From: Octopus vulgaris
Lineage: Eukaryota
Length of the DNA: 64,000 bases
Assembly (NCBI GenBank): GCA_951406725.2
Contig: OX597824.1
Span: 88,164,001-88,228,000 of the forward strand
Direction: 5' to 3'
Made by a program: the position numbers and the translations under genes. The notes under the pieces are model-generated. The model was not told where the DNA came from. It did no database searches and was given only the letters and a program-made list of their open reading frames with translations. Shown piece after piece: positions 56,442 through 64,000 of this stretch. Position 1 is the first letter of the stretch; each line of letters opens with the position of its first letter.

Positions 56442-56486
56442 CTTGCATTTGACCAATAGTTAAATCTTTATCCAATCGGTCAACAC
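56442..56486 (-). CDS. PPME1: PPME1 exon: (G)VDRLDKDLTIGQMQ(G)
   Basis: AG/GT boundaries, 45 nt; the conserved PME-1 signature. Confidence 0.97.
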
Positions 56487-56600
56487 CTGTAATTAAAAAA
56501 TAAACACAATAAGGACAAAAGAAAATATTTAAAAAACTTTTAATAACACAATCAAAGTGAAAATTGTTGATTAAATTAGAGGGAGACATTTATAATAGCA

Positions 56601-56958
56601 CTAGCACTATGACCCGGCGTTGCTGGGTCATAGTGCTAGTGCATGCATGCGCACATACACGTGAGTACTGTCCAAATCTCCGACCAATCACATACAGCTA
56701 GCTGGCATTCAATTGGCGTATCAAGTTTCGGGCCATTTTGATTGGGTTTTGGATAGAAAATTCACAAAAAAAGTCACTTCTATTGATTTTTTAATGGCTT
56801 TGCGGGGTGACTGGGGAAATGTAAAGATGTGCACGACCACCCTTGGATGGTTTTGAATGACCATAGAAAGTGCAAGCTCTCTAACTGAAAACTCGAGGAT
56901 TTGTATAAAGGACACACACACACACATACAGACATATTCCCGTTTATATATATAGAGA
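56601..56958 (-). mobile_element. Non-autonomous Helitron with its 3' hairpin extended into an 18-bp-arm palindrome
   Basis: 5' TC(TCTATATATATAAA), 3' CTAG; gcactagcactatgaccc / gggtcatagtgctagtgc at 56598-56642. Confidence 0.75.
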
Positions 56959-57476
56959 TGTATCCCTTTTTGATTTCCATTGAGTACATTCTGAATTCAT
57001 CTTAGCCTATTCACATAAGCTTGGGTTAGATCTTGCTTAACGAACCTTTAGTGCAACATACAGCTCTAGTATTTTTATCCATGTGTCAAACACCCACAGG
57101 GCAGTTATTTTATGTGTTAATTTTAATACATTTTTTACTCTTTTACCTGTTTCAGTCATTTGACTGTGGCCATGCTGGAGCACCGCCTTTAAGTTGAGCA
57201 AATCGACCCCAGGACTTATTCTTTGTAAGCCTAGTACTTATTCTATCGGTCTCTTTTACTTGTTTCAGTCATTTGACTGTGGCCATGCTGGAGCACCGCC
57301 TTTAAGTTGAGCAAATCGACCCCAGGACTTATTCTTTGTAAGCCTAGTACTTATTCTATCAGTCTGTTTTGCTGATACTGAAACAGATATCGTATTTCGG
57401 AATGTCTTCACTCTACACAGACATTCTAAGACATTTATCAGTCGTAAAAATAAAGACTTCAAATGTAAAAACTTAC

Positions 57477-57542
57477 CAGCAAGTAATAATAACTTTGGAA
57501 CATTACATGATAAGAATTTTTCAGAAAGTCCTCTAAACCAGC
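57477..57542 (-). CDS. PPME1: PPME1 exon: (G)WFRGLSEKFLSCNVPKLLLLA(G)
   Basis: AG/GT boundaries, 66 nt; human GWFRGLSNLFLSCPIPKLLLLAG. Confidence 0.97.
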
Positions 57543-57612
57543 CTGTAAAGATATAAAAATCAATTATTGTTACGTTTATATATTTGTTGTGCAAGATTTT
57601 TTATGTGAAGTC

Positions 57613-58040
57613 GTTGTATTTCAGAATGGTCATTTTGCCAGTTTAGCCAATAAAAACACACGCACTATATATTTGGTGTTACTTTGCTTCAGTGTTATTT
57701 ATTTTTTACATTATTCTTATTTCGGCCAGAGTTCTTTCGTCACACTCCTGTAACCTCGTCAGTGGCCCTTTGCTTTCTTCTTTCTTATTTGTGTGCCTCT
57801 CCTTACTAACCGTCAGCCATTTTGTATTTCCTGACGGTTAGTAAGGAGAGACACACAAATAAGAAAGAAGAAAGCAAAGGACCACTGATGCGGTCACAGG
57901 AGTGTGACGAAAGAACTCTGGCCGAAATAAGATTAAGATTAATGTCAAAAATAAATAACACTGAAGCAAAGTAACACCAAATATATAGTGCGTGTGTTTT
58001 TATTGGCTAAACTGGCAAAATGACCATTCCGAAATACAAC
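57613..58040. repeat. Fold-back with about 200-bp arms (inverted Penelope-like terminal repeats), each arm carrying a hammerhead motif
   Basis: Arms 57613-57816 and 57831-58040, 14-nt spacer, few mismatches. Confidence 0.92.
57724..57767 (-). ncRNA. Minimal type I hammerhead ribozyme motif, sense to the PPME1 intron
   Basis: GGCCA-CUGACGA-G-GUUAC(aggagu)GUGAC-GAAA-G-AA-CUC^UGGCC; the mirror copy at 57880-57923 (+) has CUGAUGC. Confidence 0.7.
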
Positions 58041-59012
58041 AAAATCATTAATTGATTATCAATAAATTGGTAATTAGCTATGCCAATAAACATGCAAAAC
58101 ATGTATCATTAGCATCATCATCAACATTTTAATGTTCACTTTTCCTTGCTTATATTCATCAAGTGGAAATTATCAAGGCAGATTTTCTATAGCCAGGTGC
58201 TCTTACTGTCACTAACCCTCACTTGTTTCCAAGCAAGGTAATATTTCCTCATAGCCAGACATCCTGCAGAATATTAGAAATGAATGACACTGCTTGTATG
58301 AGAGTGACACTCATTTACAACTATCACATGATATCAAGATAAGGACACACAAATATCAGCATCATCATCATCGTTTAACATCCGCTTTCATTGCTAGCAT
58401 GGGTTGGACGGTTCGATTGGGGTCTGGGAAGCCAGGAGGCTGCACCAGGCTCCAGTCTGATCTGGCAGAGTTTCTACAGCTGGATGCCCTTCCTAACACC
58501 AACCACTCCGTGAGTGTAGTGGGTGCTTTTTACATGCCACCACCACAGGTGCCAGGTGAGGCTGCCAATGGCTACGATCGGTTGGTGCTTTTTACGTGCC
58601 ACCGGCCACACACAATAAATACATAACAGGTTTCTTTCAGTTTCTGTCTACCAAATCTACTTGTAAGGCTTTAATTAGCCCGGGACTGTAGCAGAAGACA
58701 CTTGCCCAAGGTTCCACACAGTCAGACTAAAGCAAACTTCTTATGACATAGCCACCTCTGTGCCTAGCAAGCAGGTCTTCGCAAGCAGGACCCACCATAC
58801 AGCTGAAGGAGTTTTCAGTCAAACTGTCCAACCCATGCCAACATGGAAAACGGACGTTAAATGATGATGAGGATGAGACACTTAACCTCTCAAAAGGAAC
58901 CACCAGATGGCTGAACAGTAAATACTGAAGAAATAGAAGCTAAAAAATTTTATGAATCTTTAAAGGATGCAAAGGCATACAATGAAAGACAGCACACAAC
59001 TGTATTACCTAC

Positions 59013-59073
59013 CTGACCAGTACTTATCTGTCTTTGATAAATCAATCCTCCATGTATATTGATATGAGACGTT
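59013..59073 (-). CDS. PPME1: PPME1 exon: NVSYQYTWRIDLSKTDKYWS(G)
   Basis: AG/GT boundaries, 61 nt; human YTWRIELAKTEKYWDG. Confidence 0.95.
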
Positions 59074-59456
59074 CTGCAATTTTACAAAAAAAAAAAGTTT
59101 TTTAAATTAACAATTATTGATGGACCACACACACACACACACACACACACACTACTTTAAATTAAAAACCGAAATTCTTGCAATTAAAGTTACCCAGGGT
59201 TATATGTATGGATGCATGTATATGCTAGTTTTAAAATTTTGGCACGAGACCAACAAGAATGGGGGAGAGGATATGTTAAGTGGATCAGACCCAGTGTTCA
59301 ACTGGTGCTTATTTTAGCAACCCTGAAAGGATGAAAGGCAAAGTCGACCTTGGTGGCATCTGAACTCACTTCATAAGGTTGAAACAAATGGTGCTAAGCA
59401 TTTTTTGCAGCACAGTAATGAGTTTTCCCATTAATCACCTTCTACATAAATGTGTG

Positions 59457-59501
<45 letters not shown>

Positions 59502-59551
59502 ATATATATATATATATATATGTATGTATATATATATATGTATATATATAA

Positions 59552-59582
<31 letters not shown>

Positions 59583-60050
59583 GCATCATCAATGTTTAAC
59601 GTCCATCTTCCAAGCATGAGTAGGTAGGACATTTGACAGGAGTCAACCTGGTAGAAAAGCTACCCTAAGCTACTGTGTCTGTTTTGGCAGGGATTTTACA
59701 GCTGGATGCCCTTCATCACCACTTCATCCCATGTCTTCCTGGCTCCTCCTATTCCACAGGTACCATATATATATTGTCAATTCAAATAAATGAATAAAAT
59801 CAATGGACAACAAGAGTATGTGCACAAGAAATGCATTAGCTTGATGCTTGGTGAAAAGAGAGAGAGTTTGATGGTTTGAGCCTAGCTCGTCATCGGAAAA
59901 GAGAAAGGGAAAAGTCCAAAGGAGGAAAAGAAATCGCCAATAGCATGTGTGCAGTTACATATACATGTGTGTATATACATACACACACACTCACACACAC
60001 ATATATATATACATTTATACATGTATAAACACACACACATACACACATTA

Positions 60051-60466
60051 AGGCGGTGAGTTGGCAGAAACGTTAGCACGCCGGGCGAAATGCTTAGCAG
60101 TATTTTGTCTGCCGTTACGTTCTGGGTTCAAATTCCACTGAGGTTAACTTTGCCTTTCATCCTTTCGAGGTCGATAAATTAAGTACCAGTTATGCACTGG
60201 GGTCGATGTAATCGACTTAATCCCTTTGTCTGTCCTCGTTTGTCCCCTCTATGTTTAGCCCCTTGTGGGTAATAAAGAAATAGGTATTTTGTCTGCCGCT
60301 ACGTTCTGAGTTCAAATTCCGCCGAGGTTAACTTTGCCTTTCATCCTTTCGGGGTCGATAAATTAAGTACCAGTTACGCACTGGGGTCGATATAATCGAC
60401 TTAATCCGTTTGTCTCTCCTTGTTTGTCCCCTCAATGTTTAGCCCTTTGTGGGCAATAAAGAAATA
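60051..60466 (+). mobile_element. SINE family B, full head plus duplicated body
   Basis: Head ggcggtgagttggcagaaacgttagc...; body repeated twice. Confidence 0.88.
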
Positions 60467-60700
60467 ATATATATACACACATATATACAAAAACACACAC
60501 ACAGGCATATATATAGAATAAATATAGATGAGAAGATGTATCAAGATGCTTTAAAACACAAACAGTTAACCACAACATAGAAACTCACTACGGAAATGAC
60601 GTGAATTATGAAAAAAATTACTTACAAGTTTGTAAAAAATTGATAGAGTATTAATAAATCTCTGAACAAGATGTAAACAGTAACTGCATGACAATTTGAG

Positions 60701-60954
60701 GTATACTAGCCATCTCAATATGGCTAACCACTAAGGGTGGGTGTTACTGTAGCTTGTAGCCCCAGGAGAACATCGTCTCCAGCTGGCTTTAGGCACACTT
60801 TCTGTGCCCTTATGGTATTTGACCTCCCTTTGCAAATGCCATAAGGGCACAGAAAGTGTGCCTAAAGCCAGCTGGAGACGATGTTCTCCTGGGGCTAAAA
60901 GATACAGTAACACCCACCCTTAGTGGTTAGCCATATTGGGATGGCTTAGTATAC
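60701..60954. repeat. Fold-back inverted repeat, about 120-bp arms
   Basis: gtatactagccatc...cccttatggtatttg mirrored after a short spacer; a related single-copy segment lies near 41050-41150. Confidence 0.92.
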
Positions 60955-61027
60955 TTCACACTGATAGAGTATTATAATACAGCTATAAAAAGATTTATTG
61001 AAATAGCATTGAACATGTTTCCATAAT

Positions 61028-61216
61028 ATACAGAAGATATATACAGAAGGCGCAGGAGTGTCTGTGTGGTAAGTAGCTTGTTTACCAACCACATGGTTCC
61101 GGGTTCAGTCCCACTGCGCGGCACCTTGGGCAAGTGTCTTCTACTATAGCCTCGGGCCGACCAATGCCTTGTGAGTGGATTTGGTAGACGGAAACTGAAA
61201 AGAAGCCCGTCGTATA

Positions 61217-61264
<48 letters not shown>

Positions 61265-62277
61265 TGTGTGTGTTTGTGTGTCTGTGTTTGTTCCTCTAGC
61301 ATTGCTTGACAACCGATGCTGGTGTGTTTACGTCCCCGTTACTTAGCGGTTCGGCAAAAGAGATCGATAGAATAAGTACTGGGCTTACAAAAGAATAAGT
61401 CCCAGGGTCAAGTTGCTCGACTAAAGGCGGTGCTCCAGCATGGCTGCAGTCAAATGACTGAAACAAGTAAAAGAATAAAAGAAAAGATCTCCCAAATATT
61501 AAAAAAAAACATACTTAAGAAAAAATATTGTTGTAGATGGATACAAAAATTCAGAGGGTTACCTTTTTATTTGTTGTGCTAGAAACTTCGGGAAGAGAAT
61601 GTGCCATATTAGGAGGTGGTGGGGTAGGAGGAGGCGGCGTTGTGGCAGATGCCATACTGGAAGATTCGCTCTTGACTTCCTCCAGGCTAGTGTCACCTGA
61701 CTCTTCGTCCTCTTCGGCGATCGTGTCACTTGATCGCTTCGATGTGGACCTGGCTTCCTGTGAGGGATGTTCTTGTTCAAACGTTGCTGTTTCACCCGTG
61801 TCGACACTAATAAACACAGAAATATCTTGTTCTTAATGTAGTTGGCAAATGTAGGTATTTATTGAGAAAGACAAACAAGAAACCCACAGGAGTGGCTGTG
61901 TGGTAAGTAGCTTGCTAACCAACCACATGGTTCCGGGTTCAATCCCACTGCGTGGCATCTTGGGCAAGTGTCTTCTGCTATAGCCCCGGGCCAACCAATG
62001 CCTTGTGAGTAGATTTGGTAGACAGAAACTGAAAGAAGCCTGTCGTATATATGTATGTGTGTGCGTGTTTGTGTGTCTGTGTTTGTACCCCTAGCATTGC
62101 TTGACAACCGATGCTGGTGTGTTTACGTCCCCCGTCACTTAGCGGTTCGGCAAAAGAGACCGATAGAATAAGTACTGGACTTACAAAGAGTAAGTCCTGG
62201 GGTCGATTTGCTCGACTAAAGGCGGTGCTCCAGCATGGCCGCAGTCAAATGACTGAAACAAGTAAAAGAGTAAAGAG
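61028..62277 (+). mobile_element. Two full-length SINE family A copies (61028-61483, 61887-62277) flanking a PPME1 exon
   Basis: Head ggagtggctgtgtggtaagtagc...ggttcagtccc with A and B boxes; standard tail. Confidence 0.88.
61563..61806 (-). CDS. PPME1: PPME1 exon encoding the disordered acidic, Pro-rich internal loop: (R)VDTGETATFEQE...TIAEEDEES...PPPPTPPPP...TTNKK
   Basis: Acceptor tttattag, donor gtaacc, 244 nt; phases 2 and 0 join the neighbouring exons in frame. Confidence 0.88.
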
Positions 62278-63348
62278 ACCATCCATTTAAGCCAGTTAAT
62301 TGTCTTTGTGTGGGTAATCTACTCAATATAAACAATCATCATCATCATCATCTTCATTTAACATTCCTTTTCCATGCTGGCATGGGTTGGACAGTTTGAC
62401 TAAAACTGGTAATCCAGGGAGCTGCGCCAGGTTCCAATCTGATTTGGCAAGGTTTCCTACAGCTGGGTGCCATTCCTAACACCAACCACTCCAAGAGTGT
62501 AGTGGGTGCTCTCTATGTGCCACCTACACAGGTGTCAGTTATGAGACTCCAGCATCACATATACAATAAAAATATATATGATTTGATCAATAAGTATCCG
62601 GACTGTTGCCATAGTAACAAGGCTAAAGTAATCAGAGTGAAGCCACTTTGCACAGATTGACCTTGAACTCTGCTGTGCATGCATGCTAAGTTTTAATGTT
62701 CTACCTCACTTCTGCTGTTTACAGCAGTGCTTGGAAGGAACATGTGTAGTGTGTGATCATTGCATTGACCACAACAGGGATGCCCTTCCTAACCTTGGGC
62801 AAGTGTCTTCTACTATAGCCTCGGGCCGACCAAAGCCTTGTGAGTGGATTTGGTAGACGGAAACTGAAAAAACCCCGTCGTATATATCATCATCATCATC
62901 ATCATCATCATCGTTTATATGTATGTGCAGGTGGCACGTAAAAAGCACCCACTACACTCATGGAGTGGTTGGCGTTAGGAAGGGCATCCAGCCGTAGAAA
63001 CACTGCCAGATCAGACTGGGCCTGATGAAGCCTTCTGGCTTCACAGACCCCAGTAGAACCATCCAACCCATGCTAGCATGGAAAACGGACGCTAAACGAC
63101 GATGATGATGATGATATATGTATATGTATGTGCATGTTTGTGTGTATGTGTTTGTCCCCCCAACATTGCTTGACAACCGATACTGGTGTGTTTACGTCGC
63201 CGTAACTTAGCGATTCGGCAAAAGAGACCGATAGAATAAGTACTAGGCTTACAAAGAATAAGTCCTGGGGTTGATTTGCTCGACTAAAAGCGGTGCTCCA
63301 GCATGGCCGCAGTCAAATAACTGAAACAAGTAAAAGAATAAAGAGAGA

Positions 63349-63384
<36 letters not shown>

Positions 63385-63420
63385 TCTCTCCTAATTTCCC
63401 TCCTTGTTTTTTCTGTGTCC

Positions 63421-63456
63421 CTTTCTGTAGAAGAGCGTAGGCTCGAAACGTAAAAG
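63421..63456 (+). ncRNA. Minimal hammerhead-like motif (variant core CUGUAGA)
   Basis: CUUU-CUGUAGA-A-GAGC(guag)GCUC-GAAA-C-GUA-AAAG within a repeat flanked by (TA)n. Confidence 0.5.
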
Positions 63457-63555
63457 ATTTCTTCTATTCCTGAGCGTTATACTAATACATCTGTTTGTTT
63501 TGTACACCACCTGTCTTCGTCTTTTGTTTTTTCGTAAACTCTCCCTACACACACG

Positions 63556-63587
<32 letters not shown>

Positions 63588-63825
63588 CAGATACAGCTTT
63601 GGAGGTATTTAATGATAAAATACAAAGCCTACTAATATAACAAAAAAAAAAATGCACCCCTTCACATCACGATCTGACATCAATATCGGGATTAACAATC
63701 TCTGTTGTATTTTCCTAGATATCACATGCCTTCAACAATGCAAAACTTGTGATGCTGTCAAATGACGGGCTCATGTAAAGACAGAAACTCATTAGGAAAT
63801 GAAACAATTACAAATAACCGCTTAC

Positions 63826-63891
63826 CGTTTCACTTGCCCAACAAGGGAGATTTTTGCAGATTCAACGTTGCGTAATTGACCACTTCGTAAA
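63826..63891 (-). CDS. PPME1: PPME1 exon: LRSGQLRNVESAKISLVGQVK(R); the gene continues beyond the window
   Basis: Acceptor ccttgtag, donor gtaagc, 66 nt; human VKSGQIRNLESARVSMVGQVKQ. Confidence 0.95.
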
Positions 63892-64000
63892 CTACAAGGA
63901 AAAGGAAAACCAATAGCAATGATTAATTATATTTTGAAAAGTTTTATTTCAAAGAAAATATTAAAATACTAGCAGTATTTTTGAAAAGTAAAAATTTTGC

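Overview
Eukaryotic, AT-rich, repeat-dense DNA, most likely from an octopus or related cephalopod (inferred from the SINE families, the very high microsatellite load and the small spliced exons; not provable here). Almost all long ORFs in the supplied track are microsatellite or transposon artefacts. Real genes found by reading splice sites: a complete two-coding-exon barrier-to-autointegration factor gene (BAF/BANF1, + strand, 34250-36303, 89 aa), the 3' eight coding exons of protein phosphatase methylesterase 1 (PPME1, - strand, 51202-63891, continuing past the right edge) and one tRNA-Ala(CGC). There is also a probable non-coding first exon of an unidentified gene running off the left edge. 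The rest is a nested transposon landscape: R4/Dong-like, CR1, Tx1/L1 and RTE LINE fragments, a Gypsy remnant, three solo LTRs, a decayed mariner, hAT, piggyBac and Tc1 MITEs, Helitrons, four SINE families and a 9 x 134 bp tandem array. The most interesting signal is a set of hammerhead ribozyme motifs in Penelope-like remnants. One has a fully canonical core (44756-44832), one lies sense in a PPME1 intron inside a 200-bp fold-back, and a three-copy family carries a swapped G3-C8 core pair (GUGAACA in place of CUGANGA). Several fold-back inversions pivot at these ribozyme motifs. Coordinates of decayed repeats are approximate.
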